Source of the DNA: Gonapodya sp. JEL0774
Lineage: Eukaryota
Length of the DNA stretch: 64,000 bases
NCBI GenBank assembly: GCA_027604505.1
Contig: JADIIX010000062.1
Location: 62,001 to 126,000, forward strand
Reading direction: 5' to 3'
This document shows positions 35,900 to 50,601 of this stretch, piece by piece; within the stretch, counting starts at the first letter, position 1; each line of letters opens with the position of its first letter. The notes under the pieces were generated by a model. The model was given only the letters and a program-made list of their open reading frames with translations. It was not told the origin of the DNA and searched no databases. Position numbers and translations under genes: made by a program.

Positions 35900-38221
35900 T
35901 TAAGACGTTCCAAATGGTCTGAGACTCTCTGCTTTGAGAGCTTCTGTCGTGGCTTTGCTATCAATGGACTTCCGCCCCGTGGCAGCCTCATGGAATCCCT
36001 CCGGAAGCTTCCTAGCAGGGCAAGGGCAGAGACAATAAAATTGTGATGAGACACGGGCCGACACAACGGCAAGGATCCTAAATCACAACCTACCCGAGCT
36101 TCTTTTCTCCCCACCGCTTCGGCCCCAAAAAGGCACTCTGACCCTTCATAAAATCCTCCACATGACTATTCTTGGGACGAGAATCCTTCCCAACCGTATC
36201 ATACCCAAATTCATCCAAACTCACTCGTTTACCCGAACTATCCGACGAGCGTGGTGTTGGCTCCAAGGACAGGCCGTTAGTATGTGGCGGTGTTAATGTA
36301 TCCGCAGCAGATTCAGGGTCGGGTGTGCGCGGACGGAAAACGATTCCGCCGCCGCCGCCGCCTTTCGGACGGCTAGGAGAGGGGTTTCTCGCCGCTGTGG
36401 AAACAGGTTCGGTATGTGTTGCTGCGGTTATGGAGTGGGGAACAGTCGTTGTTGAGTGCGTCGCTGTCGGAAGAGTCTCGCTGGGAAGTGATGGCGTCGC
36501 TGTAGGTTGAACTGCAGCGCTATCGGATAATCGGTGTGATGCTGGTTCTGAACCAGGTGCGAGGACGGGTGTTGGAGTGGATGACGGTAGGGCAGGCGCT
36601 GTGGCCAACTCTCCATTCAAGTTCGGTGAACTCTCAGCACTCGTTAAGGTTCTGTCAATCATTAACTGTGGCACTTTGGGCACTACAGCGTCGGTGGGCG
36701 CGTCGGTGCCCACCGAAGTTCCACGAAGTCCAACGTCCACACCGCCCAAACTCATCACAGCTGCTGAAGTTGCAGTTGAAACTGCCGAAGCGGATAGTGC
36801 ACCAGACAGTCCTGTCCCCAAGGATCCTACGGATTCCGACGACGAAGTAGAAAGTGAGGGTAGAGGTTTCATTTTCTCGCCCTTGCCGGAATTGGCTCCA
36901 ACAGCAAGATTGTTCAAACCAACTTTCTCATCTGAGTTTGAAGATCTGGCTAAGGTCATGGCCCTCTTGTACTGATTCATTGCATCTTCCACTTCCGCTA
37001 CCAGCGAAGTAGCATTTGCTACCACATCATCTCGATCCGCATTCCTCCTCATGATGCCACCCAACTCCTCCAAAGCCGCCTGACACCTCGCCGCGGCTGC
37101 ATCGGCGTCTGCAATCACGGATACATCAGGTGGAGCGCGGTGCATTTCCAGAGAGGCTTCCAGAAGCCCGGCACTGATGTCGGAGAGAGTGCGAAGGTGA
37201 GGTTCAAGGGATGACGCCAGTTCAGCAAGGTTGATAACAGTGTCATTAGAAGAGAATTGGAAAGTGGAGTGAGTTGGAGAGAGAGTGGAGGAGATTCCAC
37301 TTGCGCCTGAAGAATGAAGAGGTGTGCGAGAAGACTCAGGTTTGGGTGTGGCAGGGTTGGTGGTGAGGCGGAATTTGCTCGAGGGAGCGAATGTCTCGTT
37401 GTACCGTTGGAGGAAGGCTGAGTAAGGATGTGTGGTTTGTAGTCGCCATCAGATACCGGAGCACTATTTCAAAATAAGCGACTGCGAGAACGCGAAACAG
37501 GGGGGGAAAACCAACATTTACTAAGCGTTTTATCTGGTACGGTGGTCCATCCATAAGTTGTGGCCATAAGTGCGCTTCTGATTGTTTCGTCGAGGTCCTG
37601 TCTCGCCACAATCTTTTGCATCTCCTTCCAGATAACTTTAGACTCGGCGAGTTTTCCCCGAAAACGAGGTTTGCATGTTTCGAAGAGACATTCAAGTACA
37701 GCGATCGAAGCGAGGGCAGAGGTGTGACTATTTTCGTTGATTACGGTAAGAAGGTGGAGAACTGCCATTTTGGGACTTGTCAAGAAGAGAAGACGTGGGT
37801 AGCGACGTGGACTCGATAGGGGACCGCATATACTTCTTAAACTCACGCTTTGTCAACGTTTGCGTCAATAATATCCACGAGCGCCATCATGACTCCCCAG
37901 TCTATTTCGCCAGTTTTAGCTCTGATTGCGACCGAATTAGCTGAGTGGGCGTGCGTGGGGATAATCGTGTACGAACGAGCCCGGAGAGGGCATCACATGG
38001 GAGCGCCCACGATAAAGCATGATTCAGTCAATCAATCGATATAGTGGAGAAGTTGGGAGCCAGAGTGGGGAAGCAGCGGTAGCGGTCAGATTTGGGGGAA
38101 GATCAGGAGCAGATGAGCAGCCAAGGATGTTGACTGCACCAAACGCACCCAGAGTATCAATGAGCAGCTGGTCGTTTTCACCAGTTGCCGGTCCCTTGAC
38201 GAGATTGGAAAAAAAGCTCAT
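35900..38221 (-). CDS. VHS + GAT-like domain adaptor (TOM1/Lsb5-like) with a disordered C-terminus
   Basis: ATG at 38221 (MSFFSNLVKG). Exons encode EIDWGVMMALVDII, PKMAVLHLLTVIN..ALASIAVLECLFETCKPRFRGKLA (VHS-like) and helical RCQAALEELGGIM..VEDAMNQYK (GAT-like). The final exon ends at TAA 35900. Confidence 0.65.
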
Positions 38222-38328
38222 TTATTACGCTTGGGGAGTCGGTCGAGTCTCTTTATTCATTGGGGCACCCATCGTGAGTTCAGCCGTTGAGCATTGAAGA
38301 CCCCAAACCAATCCCCCCAAACAATGCC

Positions 38329-39245
38329 ATGTCAGCCCCATACAGCATAACATCATCTTCGAGTAGAACCCCAAACATTGGCCGTAGTGAAGACCGCACT
38401 CCGGCCTCACCCTCGCTCCGCGGTAGTCCTCCTCCCTCATCCGGCAGCCGGAGCATTCCATCCGTGTCCTTGAGCGCCAGAAGTGCGGATGCAGCGCGCA
38501 GACCTCCTCTTCCGAATCCACGCACGGGACCGGGAGGTCCATCCGTATTAACGGTACCCCCGCGGCTATCGAGCAATCCTAATCGCGGTGCAGGCGCGAG
38601 GGGATTGGGTAAGGGCAAAGGCAAGGAAGGTCCTGGGCCTATGATGAGGCATCGAAAAGTGAGGAGAGATACGATTCTCGGGATCTCCAACGGCGCAGTT
38701 AGAAGGTGAGAGTGGTGTGGACACAAGACATAGTTCATTGAGCAAATCCATCCCCCTTGCTTCCATCGTAACTACCGTTTTGCTGCCGGCCCTCTCTACT
38801 TCAAATTTTGCAATTCATCTGGCTAATTTTCCTTATGCTTGAAGACTAGCAAGGAGAGGAGGTAGGATTCGCGAACATACAACCGAAATTTTACATCTTT
38901 GCATCACTCGTTGATTTTGGTATTTGCTATCGCTTTGTCCGAACTGGATGGTTACTGTGGCATCCAACCTCTGTCCACACTCCACCACCACCGGACCCGT
39001 TGCAACCCTCACGTATTCCAACCTTGACTACACTAGGCGTCAAGCGGATTTCTGCCAACATCTACGACGAAATTCGTCAAGTTCTCAAAGATTTTCTTCA
39101 ACGGGTGCTCAAACCTGCTGTTACTTACGTAGAACATCGCAGGGGAAAGACTATGACTGCACTGGACGTCGTGTACGCACTGAAGTTACAGGCCACGACA
39201 CTCTACGGGTTTGATGAGCAGGCGCGCAAGAAGATTAAGCGATAG
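38329..39245 (+). CDS. Divergent histone H4 variant with long N-terminal and short basic C-terminal extensions (~200 aa)
   Basis: Exons 38329-38705, 38845-38861 (17 nt) and 39037-39245 splice to ...[94 protein letters not shown]. Confidence 0.9.
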
Positions 39246-39515
39246 ATCGAGAGGCGGAAAGAGCATAAAGTGGGTCATTCACAGAGAATTCGCGGGAGAC
39301 ACCGAGGGACTTCGTCAAGGCAATATGTTCAGAGTATCATGAATTTTTGATTTGATGTAATATTGTTACAGTCGCGTTTCGCCATTATACCAAATACGGT
39401 GATCGCACAAAAATGAGTCCTCCCTCCATCCTCCCCCTCATCCCCCCAACCCCTCCGCAGGAGACAAAGCAGAACCAATCCAAGGGAAAAAAATATTCAT
39501 TCCACCAACAACATC

Positions 39516-42328
39516 ATGCTCGCTCCTTCTCATCCCGGGTACGCCACACAACCCGATGTGCCGGACCCTGTAATCTTGCACGTCGTGTCACCGCCGGCTC
39601 GGGACGCGAGCAAGGGTGTTGTGGGAAAGGGGAGCGGGAAGTCGGGAAAGCTTCCGGAATGGGTAAATGGTGCGATCTGGACAATCGGGGTGTCTGGAGA
39701 AGGGTTTTTTATGGAAGCGATGTGATGTGTCGGTGAGGTCGCTCATCAAAGTCTGTTCACAAACTACCAAAACTACACAGGTGTCCTCTTTCGCATCGGG
39801 CCAGGAACCTACGAGATTCATCTGAGTCCAGGTGGGTATCCAGATGTCGCAAACGGATGTGCCGATTAAATTTCACAACTATCCCAACCCACAGAAGCCT
39901 CTTCTTCGCTCGGCACTCCTACTTTCCATTTCCAACAGTAAGCAGTCCATGTAAAACTCATTCAATTGCACTACCTTTTTCTAACTCAATTCCAGCTGGT
40001 TTGATGGTTTATCGCAAGTTCAACGCTTCTACCTCTCTGGCACGAACAACACCATCGAATATCGATCCCGTAACACCGCCGATGATGCACGAAGCTACAT
40101 TGCGCGTACGGGGACGCACGGCACCATGTTCGGGCAGAGGGCGGAGTGGGCACAGGGGGAAGAAGAAAGGGGGTGGATTGGATGGGCTGGTGAGATGCTG
40201 AGGAAGGCGGTAAGATTTCCGGGGAATGTGGCGATGGCGTGGCAGACAAAGAAGTGAGCAGTGGAAGCGGGAGGGGAGAGCAGGTTGCCAGTCTTGTATG
40301 GTGCTGACTACTCCACCCGGTTTGCACCAAAAGTGTCAACGTCGCCATTTCTCCCAACTATCCGATCCCCCACGACCCGCGTCCAGACCTTCCACCACTC
40401 CCCAAAGATGGCTCAACAAGCAAGCCAACCGCTTCGACCACCACGGTCCCTACAATTCACACACTCGTAGCCAAAACCGACGCCAACACTCTCCAATCCC
40501 TTGATCCACTTACACTAAACCCTCTCCGCTACTTTTATCTCGAAGACCTCGATCGTTCGTTTGGTGGCACCGTAACTGCAGCTCACCACCAAGTTGACCC
40601 GGACACCATGGACCGGTGGAACCTGACCCTCGATTTCTTCGACTTTGGGGGCGCCCCAGGCGCAACAGAAATGTTTCCAGTTGTGGCAAAGATTTTGAGG
40701 TGGAGGGGTGGTGATAAGGACAAGTGGGGAGGGAAGGGCGAGGTTGCGGCAAGGTTTGCTGCCCCATACGCGTCGCGTGAGTTGGTTGAATGAGTTTATG
40801 AACAGAGAGGGGGGGGGAAACAAAAAAGGAAATTAACCTGGCCCTCAACAGACATCCACGCCTTTTGGATCACGGAGCATTATGTCGTCATACCCGTAAG
40901 CTCTTTGAGCACATGCCTCGTGAAGTTAATCACTGAGAAGTCTCTTTCACTGGCTACCCAGTTCTACCCCATGTCGTACTCCCTCCGCGGCGCCTCGCTC
41001 CCTTTCCACAACAACGTGGTGGACTCGTTGTCCTGGCACGGTGGAAAAGGCGCAGATCCCACGGTGTTTGCGGTGGTTAAGAAAGACGGTGGTGGCGTTG
41101 TGGGGTACTGGGCCACTGAACCGGAGCAAGCGTTTTACGGGTTTCACACCATCAACGGGTATGTCCCTCGTCGATGTTGGAATGAGAGACCTGCAAAAAA
41201 GCACCGACCTGGGTGTCGGCATACAAACTTGAGACTCATTTTGCATTCGGACACTTCACACCAACCAGCTATGAAGACGGCTCGGACCTGGTCCTGGACC
41301 TGTGCGCCTTCCCACCTGGCAAAGGCCACACCACCGCGAAGCGACTGTACCTTGACAACCTCCGCGCTGGGGGAAAAGCCGGGGGGCAAGACACGGAAGT
41401 GACGAGGTGCAGGTGAGTCACGGCTCCCTCTGTCACCACAGTGAGGATCGAAAACCGTGTCCCCGCCTCTAATCCTCGTTAACACCACAAATATCCTCCC
41501 CTTGTGTTATATCAGACTCCGCAACGTCTCACAAGCCGCCGCGAGCGTTTTGTCGTCGTCCCGGGCGGCTCCGGTACCGTACACGGCCAACCCGCGTGTG
41601 GAGTGCCAAGTGATGTGCGGTGGGGTGTCGATGGAGCTTCCGAGAGTTGATCCGAGGAAGATGGGCAAGCGGTACAGATATGCGTGGGGGGTGGGTGGTG
41701 GGGGTGTGACCGGTGGGTGTGGGAACCGGACAACGGTTCTGGTTGCCGCTCGCCGCAACGACATTCACATGGACCCTGCCACTGTTTTCTCTGCTCGTGA
41801 CCATCGCCGTACCTCGCAGAACTCATCAAGGTCGACTTGGACGCCAACACACACACGGTGTGGAGCGGTGCCACCGCGACCGGGACCGGGACCGGGACCA
41901 GCGGCGGTGACCCACACGACCCCCGCACCGCCGGCACGCGGGTGTACTACCCGTCCGAGCCGGTGTACCTTCCGCGCCCCGGAGGTACCGCAGACGACGA
42001 TGGGGTTCTCGTGAGCGTGGTGATGGATGGGGGTGTGGTCGGTGATCGTGGTGAGGCGGGGGAGGGGAGCGGGGACGGGGAGCGGGAAGAGAGCAAATCG
42101 AGTTTCGTGGCGGTGCTGGACGCAGCGAGCATGAAGGAGGTGGCGAGGGCGTGGGTGGTGAGGCCGAGTGCGGATCCTGGCACCGAGCAGGTGGCCGCCA
42201 ACGGGTTTGAGGGGGAGGGGGAGGGGAAGGGACCGGTGGGCGCGTCGAAGAAGATGGTACCGCATATTGTGCCGTTTGGATTCCATGGAAGCTGGGTCGG
42301 GGAAGATGGGTTGGTAGCGGATTCGTGA
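39516..42328 (+). CDS. Carotenoid cleavage oxygenase (RPE65/BCO/CCD family)
   Basis: LPEWVNG; four Fe-ligand His contexts (TAAHHQVD, IHAFWITEHY, YGFHTIN, FGFHGSW); ELPRVDPRKMGKRYRYAWG; PSEPVYLPRPGGTADDDGVLVSVV. Confidence 0.9.
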
Positions 42329-43301
42329 GGTGGAAAGGGGACGAATGTGTGGGGGGGACGTACAACTTCGTCGAATGGGTGGTGGGGCCCTCAATTTTGT
42401 CAAATGGATTTCAAGAAAAAACTTTGTGACAATATTCGAAAAAAGTGTGCTCTTTTATATATGGACTTTGTGTAAAAATGTCATGATTTTGAGAAGTTGT
42501 GATTCCACACCCTTTACGTCACGTCATTTCGTGTTGCGTTTGCGCACACAAGATCACCACCCCCAGATGAGATTAGGTTTGTATACTGTTTTCATTCCAA
42601 ATCGAGAAGAGAATAAACTTTATGGTTGAACGGCCGAGAGGAATGACGAACTCAAGGGGAGAGAGAGAGGGGAGAAAAGAATGTTTCCGCGAGATCATCG
42701 AGTATTCATTCTATAAGATAAGAGAGATCTCTACCGGAGTGGTCAGTCAGTACCTCGGGTACTGTTTGAGCTCATTCCACAGTCGCGGAATCGTTGCTCA
42801 AGATAGATGTGCGGGCTTTGACGTTTTGGAGCAAACTAAGTGGGGAAAATGCCCGGAAAAAAGCTTTAAGATGGAAATTATTACAGGATGAATGTTTCAA
42901 TTTTGGTTTGGGAATTGACGCGATTTCCAACTTCCAACATGTTTGTATTTTCTGCATCGGAGGCCGGCGGAGGGAAGAGGGTTCAGTATAATAGGGGGTT
43001 TGGGGTCACGTGACGGCTCAAGCCCCCGAACCGAACCTGAAGCCCTGAAGAAGGTCTCGTTGGACCCGCTTTGAAGCAAGTTTACGACAATTGGAGCGAG
43101 GAATTTTGCACGAGAAATCGATAGAGCGAAGCCAGCGAGGGAAACCAGAAAGCGCGCGGTGAAGAAAACTCAGCAGCGCGGGAATTCGGTTTGGCAGCCA
43201 GAAAGCTGTGAACGACATATACGAGACCCACAGACACACCACACACACCACACACCCCGCCAGACCCGCAGACCCCCTCAATCCCCATTCAGAACGGCAT
43301 C

Positions 43302-45740
43302 ATGCTTGCCGCCTTCTCCTCCGCTTCCTTCTTCTCAAAATCAAGTTCTCCCGCTCCCCACTCTCATCCTTCCTCTCTTGACGCTTTCATCACCGCAAAT
43401 GCTTCAAAACCCACATCCCCCCCACGCGTTTGCTCCCCTGAGAAAAAACTGCGATCGCGCGCATCCCGACGCGTGTGCTTCAACGAGGTGGTCGAGGTGG
43501 GTTCCTTTGTATGGTGTGCGGGTTGCTCTTGATGTACACACCGCACTCAGCCTTTGGGGACGTGGATGACAAACACGTCTTTTGCCTTATGACCGGCCAA
43601 ACCCTGACATGGCTGTTTGCTCCTTTTTCCTTCCCTTTTTGTGCATCTTTCCACTCCTCCGTCCGCCCTCCTTCCCTCTCTTGTCCACCTTTCTCGCTGC
43701 CCCAGGTCCGCTTCACGTTCCCCTCATCCGTCTACGAACGCACACCGGTGCCCGTAGCAACACTCACCCGCCCACAAATCATTGAACTGCTCCGGTTCAG
43801 ACACGAGATGCGCAGACAGACTTTTGAGTCGGCCTTGCGCTCAGAGGCGGCCCGATCCTTGTCCAGAACCCATGCAGCATATCCATCGCCAACCTCTCGC
43901 ACCGACGACACCAGCATACCCAATGACGACCACCCTCTCCGCGCCCCACACCTGCACGTCCCTGCACCACACATCGACACCACCGCTGTCCACCATCAAA
44001 CCCCTCACACCCACACCCCTCCCGCAGACGATGCCCCTGCATCCACATCATCCACTCTCAACACCGACCACGGCATCCCGACCCCGCCCTACTCTGACCT
44101 CCCGCACGACCTGCTCTTCAGCCAGGCCATGGCCACCACGCTCTCCGCCAAAGCGCCCACCCCCGCCACCACCACCGCCCTTCAAAGACCTCACTCCCCT
44201 CCTCTCTCCCCATCTCCATTTGGCGACTACGCTGATGAAGAAGCGGATGCCCATGCCGATGCCGATGCCGACGTGTCCGCGTCCGACTCATCCGCTGCAG
44301 ACTCAAAAGCAGCGTCCCACACATCCCACGGGTCCTCGACCTGTACCCGTGAGTAACCCTGTGTTGCCATGTTGTTGTCGAGAACGATGTTGTACTGTGC
44401 GGTGTGTACGGAGGGAGTTGAGTAAAGGGTCTCCGTCGATGCATGGGGAGACGTGAAGTCGAGGCTCTCTGGTCAAATTCACCCCAAGCGTCTCGGGCAA
44501 CCATGGAACAGAAGCCATCTCTCCTTGCTGTACATTCACAGGCTCCCTCCATCCACATTATGCTTACATCTGCCTCCCTCACCCTATCCTTTCCGTCCCC
44601 GCGCGTCCCCACCGGTTTTACCCGTCAGCTCCCCCGACCCCACCAATCTCCATCCCCCACGTGCGCGCCACGGCCCGCCCAACGCCTACCCGTCGTCCCA
44701 ACATCATCCTTTACGAAACCTCAGCCACACCGTGCACGACCCCGTCCATGTCCCCGCCGACCCTCACTGCTCCCCCCGCGCTCCCCGACTCCCCCCCGCC
44801 GTCTCCACAACGTGGTGGCGGCGGAGACACCGGCGCCAAGACGTCATCTCGAGCCCTGCTTCTCGTGGACCGTGCCGTCACGGAAAGCCCTCAGGCGTCT
44901 GAAGACGAAGGGTCCCTCGTGGGCGACCAAGGCGTCAGGAACGAGGCGACGAGGCAGGCCGAGTTGGAACAGAGACTGGGACGGGTGGCCAGAGACTTCA
45001 TGCCGTCGCCACCGGGGACGCCGAGGAGTGCGGCGAGGGCGTTACCATGCGATGGGGCTGAAGACGAGTCCAGGGTGGACGAGCGAGCCGAGGTGGTGCG
45101 CGACGGTGAGGAGGAGGAGGCCGACTCCACGTCCGCAAACGTCGTCGGCGAGTTGGGCGTCGTGTTTTGCCCGTGTGACTTTTGCGGCGCCAAGGCTGTC
45201 GACCCGAGTTCCGACGCCGGCAGCGACGGTGTGGTGGTGTCCGCAACGGTCGGGGTCGGGGGGCACTCCACCGCCCCACCCTCCATCCCATCGGTCTCGG
45301 GCACGGCTCAACCGACCCGCGTTATTTACTCGCCCAATGTCGTCCACGTCGATTCCGACGCCGACTTTGCCATGCTGGTGGCCGACGGGGAGGGTGAGGA
45401 AGAGGAGGAGGGGGAGGGGTACAGAGACGGCGCGCACGCTATCGCGCACGAGGATCCCACTCTCGACGTGGCCCCACCGTCTCCCACCTCGGTCCACACG
45501 ACCAGGTCGTCCTCGTTCGAACGGCCGTCAACGCAGATCGTCCTCGCACCGCTCCGCCCCGCCGCCGCGGCGATGCCGACTGGGCACCACCTGGCAAAGC
45601 TCGGGTTGGGATGGTTGAGGGGAGGCGGGAATAAGGGCGCTGTGGGGAAGGAACGCAAGACCTGGACCATGGCGAGCGATGATTCGGTGGGGTGGGCTGA
45701 CTATGGGGCGAGCAGCAAGGTTGCGATGAGATTGTGGTGA
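43302..45740 (+). CDS. Disordered protein with a Bni4/Phactr/neurabin-like PP1-binding module
   Basis: Exon 43302-43496 joined to 43706 gives RRVCFNEVVEVRFTFPSSVYERTPVPVATLTRPQIIELLRFRHEM. The GTGAGT donor at 44349 joins in phase to the frame of ORF 44661..45740. Confidence 0.65.
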
Positions 45741-46077
45741 TTGCCGAGGGAACATGCAAAGAGAGGTTAAACAAGTTGGAGGGTGGAAAGGACGATGTCG
45801 AGCGTGTCACTTTCGTCACACTGTAGTCTGTATGGGGACTCCCAGTCTTATGTGTGTATGCTTCTTCTTCCTTCTTTTTTCCTTTTTTGTTTGTGTGAGC
45901 GCGTTTGATTGCGTTTCTTGATATTCATTCGTTGACCCTGTTTTTGCATGTGATGTGGATGTTGCCCGAGCATTGTCATTTCTATTTTTCGGTCGTTTTC
46001 AACTTTTCACTTAGAGAGCTTGCATTCTCGCAGTCCCTTTTGTAAAATTTCAGATCATATTAATTAAAGGTTAGGCT

Positions 46078-49433
<3,356 letters not shown>

Positions 49434-49485
49434 CGGTGTCACAGACTATTTTCTCTTCCTTGGACTTTACAATTAATTATATGCA

Positions 49486-50522
49486 CTACGTCTTTGGAGC
49501 GAATTTTTGGACCAGCTCAACGAACATTTGCTCAAACAGCTCTTGGATGCCTTGTCCAGAAGACGCAGAAGTTTCGAAATATCTATTTGAAGGCCACGTT
49601 GGATCGCTCAGCGACAGCGTTTGTTGAATCTGTTCACAACATCTCACCGCTTTCCCGTTCTCGAACAGTATGCTGATGCTTCCGCGGTGGATACCGCTCG
49701 CTGCGTACTATCCACCTGATCAGAAAGTGAGACCAAAAGAGCGATCAGCAATATCAGCGAGAGTTACGGTAATCTTGGGAGTCAGTTAAAACCCTCATCA
49801 CACCTTGTTACCGACCACAAACATCACAGCATCTGTGCCACTAAGGTTCTTCAACTCTTGTAACCAACGATCGAGAGACTCGAAAGTTTTCCTTTGCGAT
49901 ACATCAAAAACAATCAGCACCTATATTGGTCGTGTGAACGTCAAGCGTTTTCCACATCGATCACCCTTCCACCGCCTCCACTCACTCCTTGTGTGTCTTT
50001 GTAAAATTCACTTCGTATTTCGTAGTACACGGGATCACCTGCACTGTCCCAGAACGATACTTTGACTGATTACGGAACGATGGGTCAGACAGCAATGCTT
50101 ATTGTTTATCAATTTCAACTGACCTTCCTGACCATCTACCGAAGCGGGCTTCACCCCATAATCGATCCCAATTGTAGATATGTACTCGGGAACAAACTGA
50201 ATCGGTAGTATAGGTGTTGTTGTTCAATATTTCTGACTGCTCAGATCGATTCACCGCCCAAGATCGCGACCTACCCGACCTTCACAAAATCTTTTGATAA
50301 TGCAGCTCTTCCCAACAGCAGGATCTCCGACACTATTCCGGTGTTCCACGTTGTTCATACATGTGGGATCTCTGGTTAGTTATTCGCTCTTCCTGTTTGA
50401 ATGAGGGAACAGAAAACCCACGAGAGCACCTTGACGCGTTTCGAGGGACTACTAGTAACTGGTTGTCGCGTCAAGTGGCCGCGTTCACGTGAGATTGTGG
50501 GAACAGAAGTGGCTTTGGACAT
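49486..50522 (-). CDS. RJL: RJL-family (DNAJC27/RBJ-related) Ras-superfamily small GTPase without a J domain
   Basis: Not in the ORF track because its exons are short. Spliced product: RVKVLSVGDPAVGKSCIIKRFCEGR|FVPEYISTIGIDYGVK..VKVSFWDSAGDPVYYEIRSEFYKDTQG..VVGNK..YFETSA..KFAPKT*. KSCIIKR.CE and EFYKDTQG are RJL/RBJ signatures. Confidence 0.88.
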
Positions 50523-50601
50523 TTTGAGGAATTAAAATTTTCATGTGGTTTGTGTGGTACGCCAACGGAAAGAGGGGACCAAAAGAAGTAAATGCAAAAC
50601 A

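Noticed and set aside
41765..45819. Long alternate-frame or antisense ORFs (for example 44443..45618 and 41765..42403)
   Set aside because: They are Arg/Pro-rich frameshifted or antisense readings of GC-rich exons already assigned to genes.
49486..50522. Calling the small GTPase a Rab or IFT27
   Set aside because: KSCIIKRFCE, TIGIDYGV and EFYKDTQG, plus the lack of a C-terminal Cys, fit the RJL family better.
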